A stretch of 56,177 bases of DNA from Eubacteriales bacterium (GTDB lineage: Bacteria; Bacillota; Clostridia; Oscillospirales; CAG-272), in assembly GCA_045614425.1 (NCBI GenBank), contig JAZLCX010000131.1:1-56177 (forward strand). Direction: 5' to 3'. The translations under genes and the position numbers were made by a program. Each line of letters begins with the position of its first letter. The stretch's first letter is position 1. Under the pieces are notes generated by a model. It was not told where the DNA came from and ran no database searches. It worked only from the letters and a program-made list of their open reading frames with translations. Shown here one piece after another: positions 26,436 through 36,800 of this stretch.

Positions 26436-29400
26436 ATGAAGAAGTCTTTGTTTCAGAAAGTGATCTGCTTTGTTCTTTCTGCAACAATCCTGCTCGGTGT
26501 CTTCGCGATTACCGCGAGCGCCGATTCCTCGTACGACAGAGGATATTCTTCAAACCGCGACACTGCGTCGTCGCTTGAAGATATGAAGGCTCTGGTAGGC
26601 ATTTCGTCATATCAGCAGTACCTCGCTGAGTACGGAGAGCCTTCCGTCGAGGAAGGAATGGAAACGGTTAAGGTCGATGTTACCAACCCGATTTCAAAGG
26701 AATATGCAGAGATTGTGGCGGATAGTTTGCTTTGCCAGAACGCGATGAAGGAAAATCCGGAGGACTGGTTCAGCTTCGGCAACAACCAGGAGGGCTCTCT
26801 CTACATTTCGGATAAGGGAGAGGTAACCTGGAATTTCCGTATTGATGTAGCAGGCTACTATTACATCAAGCTCGATTATTTCTCCTGCATAACCGCGGAG
26901 AGCAGTATCAGTACGATTGAGCGTAAGCTCTACATCGACGGTATGGTACCTTTTGATGAGGCGAGCTACATATCACTCAGTAAAACGTGGGGATACACCA
27001 ATATAATCACGGCTGATCCCGTTCCCACCGATGAGCCCGACGGAGCTACAACGGTGTACGAGCAGAAGAGTGACGGATACTACAAGATATCTACGGTAAT
27101 TAAAGACGGCATGAAGACCGTTACCACTTATGTTCTTTCGCAGGACATAAACGGAAACTCTATGGCACCGTCTATTACTCCATCTCCCTCGTGGAGCACC
27201 TATTACTGCCAGGACAAATCGGGTTATTATCAGGGGTACTTCCGTTTCTATCTTGCTTCCGGAAATCACCAGATAACTCTTGCCGCTGTGCGTGAGCCGG
27301 TAATCATCAAGGGAATAGAGCTCGTGCCTTATGACCCTGCACTTAATGCGATACCTTCTTACGAAAGCGTTAAGCAGATGTACGCCGATAAGGGATATCA
27401 GTCTGCGGACGGCGAGATTACGAACATTCAGGCGGAATTCCCGGATTTCGTTTCCGACTCTTCGGTTTATCCTTCTAACGATAAAACCTCTTCGGCAACC
27501 TATCCTTCCGTTTCGAAGGCGCAGCTTCATAACGTAATCGGAAAGAACAGCTACGACGCTCTCGGTCAGTGGGCAGCCTACAAGTTCTCGGTTGATAAGA
27601 CCGGACTTTACAAACTCAATATGCGTTATCAGCAAAGCACCTTGCAGGGTATGTATCTCTGCCGTACATTGAAGCTTCAGGGCGGAATGTACAGCGACGC
27701 TGACGGTATGCCTACGGTTCCGTTTATGGAAGCGTATGACACCCAGTTCCCCTATAGCAAGGACTGGCAGTCATCGTTCGCAGGCGACAGCAACGGAAAC
27801 ATTTTTGAGTTCTACTTCGAGGCGGGTGTCGAGTATACGCTCTACATTGAGTGCTCGCTCGGCTCGCTTAACAACCTTGTACAGTCGGTTGAGAACACTC
27901 TTAACGTGCTCAACGATTGCTACCTCAGAATATTGCAGCTTACGGGTTCAGCACCCGACGAATACCGTGATTATGGTTTCCTTGAAATAATGCCCGACGT
28001 TCTTATCAGCTTTGGTGAGCAGGCGATGGAGCTTGAGAGAATAAGACTTGAGCTCAAGAACCTTTGCGGAACGAACGGCTCACATATATCGACACTCGGT
28101 ACGGTTGCGCTTCTTCTTGACGACATGAGCAGAAACGATGGTTATAACATAGCATCGAACCTCTCTACTCTCAAGGCTTATCTCGGTACTCTCGGTACTT
28201 GGGTAAACGACTCTAAGAAGGGCAAGCTCATTCTCGATTCTATCAGCGTATGTCCTTCGGATACGTCGAGAAGCGATCTTCCCAGCGCAAAGGCGGGCTT
28301 CTTTAAGTCCATTTGGTTTGAAATTACATCCTTCTTCTACTCGTTCATAACCGATTACGACAAAATGGGTGTAACAGAAATCAACTCCGACAACGACGTT
28401 TCCATTGACGTTTGGCTTGCGATGGGACGTGACCAGTCGAATATTTGGCGTAGAATGGTGGACGCGCAAGACGGCTTTACCGACAGAACCGGTTACGCTG
28501 TAAACCTTAAGCTCGTTACAGCTTCGACGCTTCTGCCTTCGGTACTTGCAGGAAAGGGACCAGACGTTTACATGGGACTTCCGGCAGCGACGGTAATTAA
28601 CTACGCTATTCGTGATGCGATTCTTGGCGTCAGCGGAAACTACGGCGGCGAGAATTTCGATAACACAGCATTCAATACTACTATTTATACTTATAAGAGC
28701 GAAAACGGTATAGAAAAGACCACTGAGTATAAGGGCAAAGACGGACTCTCGTTCGTTTCTCTTCCTTATAAGCAGTATGCGGAGGAGAATTTCGTTCCCG
28801 CAGCGATTGATACGCTTACTCTTCTTGACGTGTCGTACGGATTGCCGCAGACGATGACCTTCTCTATGATGTTCTACCGTATGGACATTCTCGCCCAGCT
28901 CGGTCAGGAAGTGCCTGAGACCTGGGACGACCTTCTTTCGATGCTTCCCGTACTTCAGTCAAACAACATGCAGTTTGGTATAGATTACATCGGTATGCTT
29001 GACTACATGCTTTATCAGAAGGGCGGCGGAATGTGGAAGTATGACGAGGATCCCGCGCTTGTCGAGTATGCAGGTTCAAAGGTTGACCTTGACAGCGACG
29101 TAGCTCTTGAAGCCTTTGACTTTGTATGCCGACTTTACAGTGACTATTCCTTCCCGGTATCTTACGATGCGGCTAACCGCTTCAGAACCGGTGAAATGCC
29201 CGTACTCGTAGGTGGCTATACGGCGCTTTACAACCAGCTCGTCGTTTATGCTACCGAAATTGAGGGTAAGTGGGAATTCTGCCCGCTTCCCGGCTGTGCA
29301 ACTTACGACGATAAGGGCAACAGAACCTACATCAATTACGACTCCATTGCGAGCGTTGGTGCGAGTGTAATACTCTACGGTTGTGAAGGCGAACAGAGAA

Positions 29401-29765
29401 ATGCTGCTTGGGAATTTATGCAGTGGCACACCTCGGCTGACATTCAGTCCAGCTACGGCAACCAGATGGTTTCGATTCTCGGACCTTCCGCAAAGTATGA
29501 GACAGGTAACATCAATGCAATACAGGACCTTTCCTGGACTGCAAGTGAAAAGGATGCTATCCTCGACCAGATTGAGCACATGTCATCTATAGTTAACTAC
29601 CCTGGTTCTTACTATATCGCAAGATATATCAAGTTTGCATTCCTTGATGCCGTTAACGAAGGCGCAGACCCCGTTGACGCACTCAATGGATACATTGATG
29701 CAATTAACGCCGAGATAACCCGTAAACGCGAGGAATTCGGCCTTAAAACCGGCGACCCAAGTTAA
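26436..29765 (+). CDS. Giant secreted ABC solute-binding protein: signal peptide, two jelly-roll/CBM-like modules, a helical linker, and a C-terminal family-1 SBP domain
   Basis: 1109 aa. The N-terminus MKKSLFQKVICFVLSATILLGVFAITASA/DSS looks like an SPase I site, and I see no lipobox. Two similar modules are present (VTWNFRIDVAGYYYIKLDYFS...FYLASGNHQITLAAV..IKGIELVP and AAYKFSVDKTGLYKLNMRYQQ...FYFEAGVEYTLYIECS). From about residue 650 (nt ~28380) the sequence is SBP-like: IDVWLAMGRDQSNIWRRMV...LLPSVLAGKGPDVYMGL. Confidence 0.75.
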   Translation: MKKSLFQKVICFVLSATILLGVFAITASADSSYDRGYSSNRDTASSLEDMKALVGISSYQQYLAEYGEPSVEEGMETVKVDVTNPISKEYAEIVADSLLCQNAMKENPEDWFSFGNNQEGSLYISDKGEVTWNFRIDVAGYYYIKLDYFSCITAESSISTIERKLYIDGMVPFDEASYISLSKTWGYTNIITADPVPTDEPDGATTVYEQKSDGYYKISTVIKDGMKTVTTYVLSQDINGNSMAPSITPSPSWSTYYCQDKSGYYQGYFRFYLASGNHQITLAAVREPVIIKGIELVPYDPALNAIPSYESVKQMYADKGYQSADGEITNIQAEFPDFVSDSSVYPSNDKTSSATYPSVSKAQLHNVIGKNSYDALGQWAAYKFSVDKTGLYKLNMRYQQSTLQGMYLCRTLKLQGGMYSDADGMPTVPFMEAYDTQFPYSKDWQSSFAGDSNGNIFEFYFEAGVEYTLYIECSLGSLNNLVQSVENTLNVLNDCYLRILQLTGSAPDEYRDYGFLEIMPDVLISFGEQAMELERIRLELKNLCGTNGSHISTLGTVALLLDDMSRNDGYNIASNLSTLKAYLGTLGTWVNDSKKGKLILDSISVCPSDTSRSDLPSAKAGFFKSIWFEITSFFYSFITDYDKMGVTEINSDNDVSIDVWLAMGRDQSNIWRRMVDAQDGFTDRTGYAVNLKLVTASTLLPSVLAGKGPDVYMGLPAATVINYAIRDAILGVSGNYGGENFDNTAFNTTIYTYKSENGIEKTTEYKGKDGLSFVSLPYKQYAEENFVPAAIDTLTLLDVSYGLPQTMTFSMMFYRMDILAQLGQEVPETWDDLLSMLPVLQSNNMQFGIDYIGMLDYMLYQKGGGMWKYDEDPALVEYAGSKVDLDSDVALEAFDFVCRLYSDYSFPVSYDAANRFRTGEMPVLVGGYTALYNQLVVYATEIEGKWEFCPLPGCATYDDKGNRTYINYDSIASVGASVILYGCEGEQRNAAWEFMQWHTSADIQSSYGNQMVSILGPSAKYETGNINAIQDLSWTASEKDAILDQIEHMSSIVNYPGSYYIARYIKFAFLDAVNEGADPVDALNGYIDAINAEITRKREEFGLKTGDPS

Positions 29766-29790
29766 TAGCTACAATCAAGGAGATAAATAA

Positions 29791-30738
29791 ATGTCACAGA
29801 CAAATGCAAAAAAACGTCCGACACAACGCTCTGAAATGTCAAAGCTGCAGTGGACGTGGAAGGAGATGAAGAAGAATAAAACGGCGTACTTCATGGTCGC
29901 ACCGTTCTTTATCCTCTTCATCATCTTCACGGTCCTGCCGGTATTTCTTTCGATAATTTTGAGCCTTACGGACTTCAATATGCTGCAGATGCCTCATTGG
30001 AAGGGACTTTCCAACTATACAAGACTCTTCCTCGAGGACGATATATTTATTCTCGCGTGTCAGAATACTCTGATTTTCGCGGCAGTAACAGGTCCTGTAT
30101 CGTATCTGCTTTCGCTCTTGGTAGCATGGTTTATCAATGAGCTTCCTCCCAAAATCCGCGCGGTAGTAACGCTTGTCTTCTACTCGCCCTCGATTTCGGG
30201 TCAGGTTTACCTTATATGGAAGACACTCTTTTCTTCCGACTCACACGGTTGGGCAAACGCCACGCTAATGGATTTAGGTATAATAAATTCACCTATCCTG
30301 TGGTTTGAAAACGCCGACTACGTAATGCCGCTTTGTATTATAGTTGCACTGTGGACCTCGCTCGGTACGGCGTTCCTGTCCTTCATTGCCGGCTTCCAGA
30401 CCATTGACCGTTCAATGTATGAGGCGGCGGCGGTTGACGGAATTAAGAACCGCTGGCAGGAGCTCTGGTTTATCACGCTCCCGACCATGCGTCCTCAGAT
30501 GATGTTCGGTGCGGTGCTTGCAATCACGGGTTCGTTCGGATTCGGTGCGGTAGTTGACGCACTTTGCGGATTCCCGTCGGTTGACTACGCTGCGCATACG
30601 ATAATGCACCACCTAAGTGACTACGGCGGTGAGCGATATGAAATCGGTTATGCTTCGGCAATAGCCGTGGTGCTCTTCGTAATAATGTTCGTAAGTAACA
30701 TTGCGGTTAAGAAGGCACTTTCGAAGGTAGGTGAGTAG
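29791..30738 (+). CDS. ABC transporter permease, MalF/LplB-like (CUT1 type)
   Basis: 315 aa, polytopic, with the EAA loop YEAAAVDGIKNRWQELWFITLPTMRP. Confidence 0.9.
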   Translation: MSQTNAKKRPTQRSEMSKLQWTWKEMKKNKTAYFMVAPFFILFIIFTVLPVFLSIILSLTDFNMLQMPHWKGLSNYTRLFLEDDIFILACQNTLIFAAVTGPVSYLLSLLVAWFINELPPKIRAVVTLVFYSPSISGQVYLIWKTLFSSDSHGWANATLMDLGIINSPILWFENADYVMPLCIIVALWTSLGTAFLSFIAGFQTIDRSMYEAAAVDGIKNRWQELWFITLPTMRPQMMFGAVLAITGSFGFGAVVDALCGFPSVDYAAHTIMHHLSDYGGERYEIGYASAIAVVLFVIMFVSNIAVKKALSKVGE

Positions 30739-30740
30739 TA

Positions 30741-31622
30741 ATGGCGAAGTTTAAAAAATTAAGAACCAGGGGTCACCGAGTCGTACTTAACCGTTCGGCC
30801 GGAGGCGACACGGGTATAACCATCGTACTTACCATACTCGGAATATTTATGTTCCTTCCCATGTACTACGTTGTCATCCAGGCGTTCAAGCCCCTCGACG
30901 AACTTTTCATGTTCCCCCCTCGCTTCTACGTAATCAATCCTACGTTTGACAACTTTACCGATTTGTTTACCCTTCTCAGTGACTCGTGGGTACCTTTCTC
31001 AAGATACATATTCAACACGGTATTTATCACTCTTTGCGGTACTGTCGGTAACCTTATCTTCTCGTCTATGGCGGCATACGCTCTTGCGAAGCTTCGCTTC
31101 CCCGGAAGAAATGCTATCTTCCAGATCATAGTTATGTCGCTTATGTTCCACTCCACCGTTAACACCGTTACTCACTTTATCATTCTTTCGGCATTCGGTT
31201 GGGTTGATACATACCTTTCTATAATCGTTCCTTCTATGGCGTCCACTATGGGACTTTACCTCATGAAGCAGTTTATGGAATCCTCGGTTCCCGATACGGT
31301 ACTTGAATCCGCCCGTCTTGACGGCGCAAGCGAGTTCAGAACCTTCCTTATAATTGCTATGCCGATGGTTAAGCCTGCGTGGCTCACGCTTATAATCGAG
31401 TGCTTTAAGGGACTCTGGAACGCCGGAGCATCCATTTACATTCACTCGGAGGAGCTTAAGAGCTTTAACTACGCAATCAACCAGATCGTCACGGGTGGTA
31501 TTGCACGTTCCGGTGCCGGCGCGGCAGCAACAGTCGTAATGATGCTCGTTCCTATTCTGGTATTCGTATTTAACCAGAGCAAGATCATCGAGACGATGGG
31601 CTCGTCCGGTATGAAGGATTAA
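30741..31622 (+). CDS. ABC transporter permease, MalG/LplC-like (CUT1 type)
   Basis: 293 aa with the EAA loop LESARLDGASEFRTFLIIAMPMVKP. It starts 2 nt after the previous gene. Confidence 0.9.
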   Translation: MAKFKKLRTRGHRVVLNRSAGGDTGITIVLTILGIFMFLPMYYVVIQAFKPLDELFMFPPRFYVINPTFDNFTDLFTLLSDSWVPFSRYIFNTVFITLCGTVGNLIFSSMAAYALAKLRFPGRNAIFQIIVMSLMFHSTVNTVTHFIILSAFGWVDTYLSIIVPSMASTMGLYLMKQFMESSVPDTVLESARLDGASEFRTFLIIAMPMVKPAWLTLIIECFKGLWNAGASIYIHSEELKSFNYAINQIVTGGIARSGAGAAATVVMMLVPILVFVFNQSKIIETMGSSGMKD

Positions 31623-31632
31623 GGAGGCGCAA

Positions 31633-33831
31633 ATGAAAAAGATTACATCTATAATAATATTTGCGCTTGTCGCAGTGATGCTTGTCGGATTAGTTCCGGT
31701 TTCGGCATCTGATCCTTATGACACCTATACCTACTCGATTGACGGAACACCGCTTAAGTCGCCCACGGCGTACAGAGCGGAGAGCGTAGTTGATGCGCTT
31801 GATATGAAGCTTGACAGAGTTTCTTCCGTCACATCGCTTAAGAACCCCAACGATGTAGTTACCGATGATGACTCAAATGTTTATATCGCAGACACCGGTA
31901 ATAACAGAATTATCGTTCTTGATAAGTACTATACGGCAAAGGCTGAAATAAGCAGCTTTGTCGACGAGTTCGGCGTAACACAGACCTTTAATCAGCCGAG
32001 AGGACTTTTTGTAACTACAAATATAGATGCGAATACCGGAGTAAAGACCAGACTTATTTATATCTGCGATACTCAGAACTTCCGTCTCGTAGTTATGAAG
32101 GAGGCTGAAAATGGAGAGTTCGTCTACGAAAGAATCATCGAGAAGCCGGATACTCCGCTTCTTGCGACCGATGCATTTAAGCCTTCTGCAGTTGCAGTTG
32201 ACCTTTACGGCAGAATTTTCGTAGTTTCGGAATCCTGTTTCGAGGGCGTAGTCGTTATGTCGAGCGAGGGTCTGTTCACCGGATTTATCGGTGTTCAGAA
32301 GGTTACTTACTCGCTTATCGATATGATTTGGCGTAAGTTCCAGACAGCAGAGCAGAGAGCGTCTGCTGCGAAGAACCTTGCAAATCCTTATAACAATATC
32401 ACGGTTGATGAGAACGGATTCGTTTACGTTACCACCTCACCTTCCGACATTGAGGGAAAAACGCAGCAGTATTCTTCGATACGCTCTAAGAGTGCAGCGA
32501 CATCCCCTGTTAAAAAGCTTAATTCCGCAGGTAATGAAATCATGAAGCGTAACGGCTTCTTCGATCCCGGCGGAGAGGTAGATATCAAAGGCGGTGAATG
32601 GGTTTCCGTTATCACCGACGTAGCAGTTGGTCAGGAGGGATCATGGTCCATTCTTGATAAGTCCCGTTCGAGAGTTTTCACCTATGACCAGAACGGAAAC
32701 CTGCTTTTCGCATTTGGCGGTGTCGGCGAACAGAACGGTAACATTGAAAACGAAAAAGCGGTTTCGATTGCTTATCACAAAGTAAACGGTGTTTATTCCT
32801 TCCTTCTTCTCGATAACGATACGAGTGGAGCGAGAATTACCGTTTATACTCCGTCTCCGTACTACGATACTATCATAGCAGCACTTAAGAATCACAACGA
32901 GCACAACTACTCCGAGTCAATATCCTATTGGCAGGACGTTCTTACCCAGAACAATAACTTTGACCTTGCGTATATAGGTATAGGTAAGGCGCTGTTTAAT
33001 CAGGGTAAGTACGAGGAAGCACAGGCGATGCTCGAAAGTGCTTATGAAACCGACTATCACGATAAGGCGTTTGTCGAAATAAGAAAGGAAATCATCCAGA
33101 AATGGCTTCCTCTTATTCTGGTAGCGGCAATAGTTGTTCTCTGGCTCTTCTTTAAGTTCCTCGGATACGCTAAGAAGACCAACAAGGCGGTATCTCTTAA
33201 GGTTGGCCGTAAGACCTACTGGGAGGAGCTTATTTACGCATTCCACCTTGTATTCCACCCGTTTGACGGCTTCTGGGATTTGAAGCACGAGAAACGCGGT
33301 TCCGTAAGAGCTTCTCTTACGATAATGCTGATTACAGTAGCAGCATTCTTCTATCAGGCAATAGGTCAGGGATATTCATTCAACCCGAGAGGTGACTACT
33401 CAACGGTTATATTCCAGGTTCTTGCCGTAGCAGTTCCCGTAATACTCTGGTGCGTAGGCAACTGGTGTCTTACAACACTCTTCGACGGAGAAGGAAGCTT
33501 TAAGGATATCTTCATCGCAACGGGATATTCTCTTGCACCTCTTCCTCTCTTCGTGGTTATTTCTACTTTGCTTACAAACGTGATGACCGCTCAAGAGGGT
33601 ACAATGACCGGCTTTATCGTAACTATCGGTTACGTATGGGTTGGATTCCTTCTCTTCTTCGGTATGTCGGTTGTTCACGATTACACAATGGGCAAAAACT
33701 TCATAACCGTTATTGGAACAATAGTAGCAATGGCAGTAATTATGTTCGTTATAATTCTGTTCTCGTCGCTCGTTGTTAAGATGGTATCATTCATTATTGC
33801 GGTAAGCTCCGAGCTTGCCGGGCGAATTTAG
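31633..33831 (+). CDS. Membrane protein fusing an extracytoplasmic NHL-repeat beta-propeller, a TPR-like segment, and a C-terminal Yip1-like multi-TM domain
   Basis: 732 aa. It has an N-terminal signal/anchor (IIIFALVAVMLVGLVPVSA) and NHL-type repeats (DDSNVYIADTGNNRIIVLDK, LIYICDTQNFRLVVMK, GRIFVVSES, GSWSILDKSRSRVFTYDQNGNLLFAFGG). A TPR-like segment follows (IGIGKALFNQGKYEEAQAMLESAYE). About six hydrophobic helices run from nt ~33085 onward. Confidence 0.7.
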   Translation: MKKITSIIIFALVAVMLVGLVPVSASDPYDTYTYSIDGTPLKSPTAYRAESVVDALDMKLDRVSSVTSLKNPNDVVTDDDSNVYIADTGNNRIIVLDKYYTAKAEISSFVDEFGVTQTFNQPRGLFVTTNIDANTGVKTRLIYICDTQNFRLVVMKEAENGEFVYERIIEKPDTPLLATDAFKPSAVAVDLYGRIFVVSESCFEGVVVMSSEGLFTGFIGVQKVTYSLIDMIWRKFQTAEQRASAAKNLANPYNNITVDENGFVYVTTSPSDIEGKTQQYSSIRSKSAATSPVKKLNSAGNEIMKRNGFFDPGGEVDIKGGEWVSVITDVAVGQEGSWSILDKSRSRVFTYDQNGNLLFAFGGVGEQNGNIENEKAVSIAYHKVNGVYSFLLLDNDTSGARITVYTPSPYYDTIIAALKNHNEHNYSESISYWQDVLTQNNNFDLAYIGIGKALFNQGKYEEAQAMLESAYETDYHDKAFVEIRKEIIQKWLPLILVAAIVVLWLFFKFLGYAKKTNKAVSLKVGRKTYWEELIYAFHLVFHPFDGFWDLKHEKRGSVRASLTIMLITVAAFFYQAIGQGYSFNPRGDYSTVIFQVLAVAVPVILWCVGNWCLTTLFDGEGSFKDIFIATGYSLAPLPLFVVISTLLTNVMTAQEGTMTGFIVTIGYVWVGFLLFFGMSVVHDYTMGKNFITVIGTIVAMAVIMFVIILFSSLVVKMVSFIIAVSSELAGRI

Positions 33832-33850
33832 AAGCAGGAGGTAATGTAAA

Positions 33851-36800
33851 ATGAATATAAAGAGAATATTATCAACTGCTTTGGTTGTTGTCATGCTGTT
33901 TACGACGCTTATTGCTGCGGTTCCGTTTGCTGCGTCTGCGGCATACTCACCGTCAAGCGCGACGGCAAACGCTAACATTCCTGAAGGATATGAAGAAGCA
34001 AATCTTAACCAGGCAGATCTTGAAGCTTATCTTGCGGAATACGTTGAGTATGATTTTGCGAGTGCCGGCGAGATGCTTAATTATGAGCTCGAGCGCGGAT
34101 ACCTCTACTATACCAACTCTTCGGGTATGCAGTACACGATGTTTGTCAATAAGTATACGGGCTTTATTTATTACGTAAATAACGTTACCGGTCAGATACT
34201 TACTTCTAACCCGATAAATCCTAAACAGGCTCCCGGTGTAGATGACAAACAGACTCTTATGAGCCAGATAGTTATAAATTTTGCCGAGGCTGAAAACTCT
34301 GCTAAGGCTAAAACTTATACCAGCTTCAGATGGGCTGCTATGCGTTCGCAGATTTCGGTAAGTCCCATATCCGGCGGATTCAGAGTTAACTATACTCTTG
34401 GTGATACCGCTGCGAGATTCCTTCTTCCCGGATGGGTTAAGGCTGACGACTTCGAGGAATCTATACTCAAACCCATGTTTGAGCAGTTCGCTCTCAAAAT
34501 GGAGGAGTATTGCTCCGGAAAATATCCGAACGTTAACTTCAGCTTCTTTGATAACCCGAGATACGCTGCGTACGAATACGAATGTATTTCCTATACTGCA
34601 GCGAGAAAATACTTCTCGGAGATGCAGACTATATATCAGGATGTACTTAAGAGAACTTCTCCTGAATATAAGCAGCTCAACGCTTTCAGAACCGATATAA
34701 ACAAGATAATGCAGGCGTATTCTGCTAAGATTCCTGCAAAGTATATAGACAAGAGCAGTTACAAGGATACTCTTGAAACTATGTACAAGGATTATCCCGT
34801 AACCAAGGATGGCGAGGCTATCTACGTTTATTCAGGCTCTAAGCTTCCCGAGGCAAAGCGTCCGCTTGCAAACATAATCAAGGAATATTGCCCTGATTAC
34901 ACCTTCTCTCTTATGTATAAGCAGGAGAAGGAGTGCGGATACGAGGATGATTCGGCACAGCAGCCCGTATTCAGATGTGCTCTTGAATACACATTCAACA
35001 GCGACAATACGCTCTCGGTACGTCTTCCCGCGAGCTCAATCACTTTCGATGAAACCGTATATATCCTTAACGATATAATTCCTCTTCAGTATTTCGGCGG
35101 TGCCGACATGACAAATGACGGATACGTATTCTATCCCGACGGAAGCGGAACTGTTATCAACTTCTCGGATTTCTACGGCGATGCGAAGACTGTAGGTATA
35201 GTTCTTGAAGCGCCTATGTACGGTCTTGATTACTGTTATTCTAAGATTAACAGTATAGCCGGTATATCGCACAGAGAGCAGGTAACAATGCCGGTTTACG
35301 GCGTTGTTAACGAGGTTAAGGCAAACCCTGCAACAACTCTTGTAAACCCCGAAATAAAAACCGTGACAAACGGATATTTCGCAATAATTGAAGAGGGCTC
35401 GGCTCTTGCAAACCTCATGGTTATGTCCGGCGGTAGCTCCCACAGATTTATAGGAGCATACGCATATTACACGCCTTACCCCTCAGATACGTATGACCTT
35501 TCCGAAACTCTTTCGGTTGGTTCGCTCGGTATATACAAAATCGTTTCCGATTCAAAATATACGGGTTCTTACGTAACCAGATACGTAATGCTTGCCGACG
35601 ATGAGCTTGGTGTGAAGTATTACGGTGAGAATGGATACTATTCTTCGGATTACGTCGGCATGGCAACTTGCTACCGTGATTATCTGAAGGAAAACGGTAC
35701 GCTCAAGGCAATTGAGAACTTTAATGAGGATCTTCCTCTTTATATTGAGGTTCTCGGTGCAATGGATATAACTGCTAAATTCCTTTCTTTCCCGATTACA
35801 AAGAATGTCGCTCTTACTACCTTTAATGACGTTGCTACAATTTACGACGAGCTTTCAAAGTGCGAGGAATTAGTAGTACAGAAGGTTGAAGAGTATAAGC
35901 AACTCGCTGAAGCGGAAGAGGATGCGGTTCAGAAATATCAGTATGAAAAGCAGGCTGAAAGATACGCCGAGCTTATTGGAAGCATACAGAATATTAAAAA
36001 CATAAACTTCAAGCTTACAGGCTTTGCTAACGGCGGATTGAAGTCCACGTATCCCGTTAAGCTTAAATGGGTTAAGGCGTGCGGCGGAAAATCCGGTTTT
36101 AAGAATCTCTTAGCGAAAGCTGATGCTGTAAACGCAAGCGGCGAAGGCGCGTTTAACATCTATCCCGACTTTGATTTTATGTACATAAACAAGACGGGAA
36201 CATTTGACGGAATATCCGTAAAGGATACAGCCTCAATGCTCGTTGACAACCGTTATGCGTCCATGCAGACCTACAATTCCGTAATTCAGGAGTTTGAAAC
36301 TGTTAGCTCTCTTGTTGTAAATCCCGGCGTTTTAGAGTCGCTTTACAATAAATTTAACAGCAAGTATTCCTCATACGGAAACAAGAATATCTCTGTATCC
36401 TCGATGGGTGTTACACTTAACTCAAACTTCGACAAGAGCGATGCTATAAACCGTGAAGATGCTCTCGGAATGGTTGAAAGCGTTCTTGATACGATGGTTA
36501 ACACTAACGGATACAACGTGATGACCGATACAGGAAACGTATATGCTCTCAAATATGCGTCTCATATTCTTAACGCTCCCGTTGATTCGAGCCATCACAG
36601 ATACACGTCATATACCGTACCCTTTATGGGAATGGTTCTTCACAGCTACGTAAATTACACCGGTGAGCCTATCAACTATTCAGGTTCTCCCGCGTACGAC
36701 AGACTTCGTGCAATAGAGAGCGGTGCTGCACTTTATTACATCGTCTGCTTCAGAAACACCTCGTATATGAAGAACGATGCGGATCTCAACAAGTACTACG

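Noticed and set aside
26297-26578. 93-aa ORF overlapping the start of the giant SBP gene. It includes an ATG at 26411 placed 5 nt after GGAGG, which could be a possible uORF.
   Set aside because: It is out of frame with a gene that has a textbook signal peptide, and its product is Arg/Cys-rich nonsense-like sequence. The GGAGG/ATG pair may be fortuitous. A leader-peptide role cannot be excluded, but nothing supports it.
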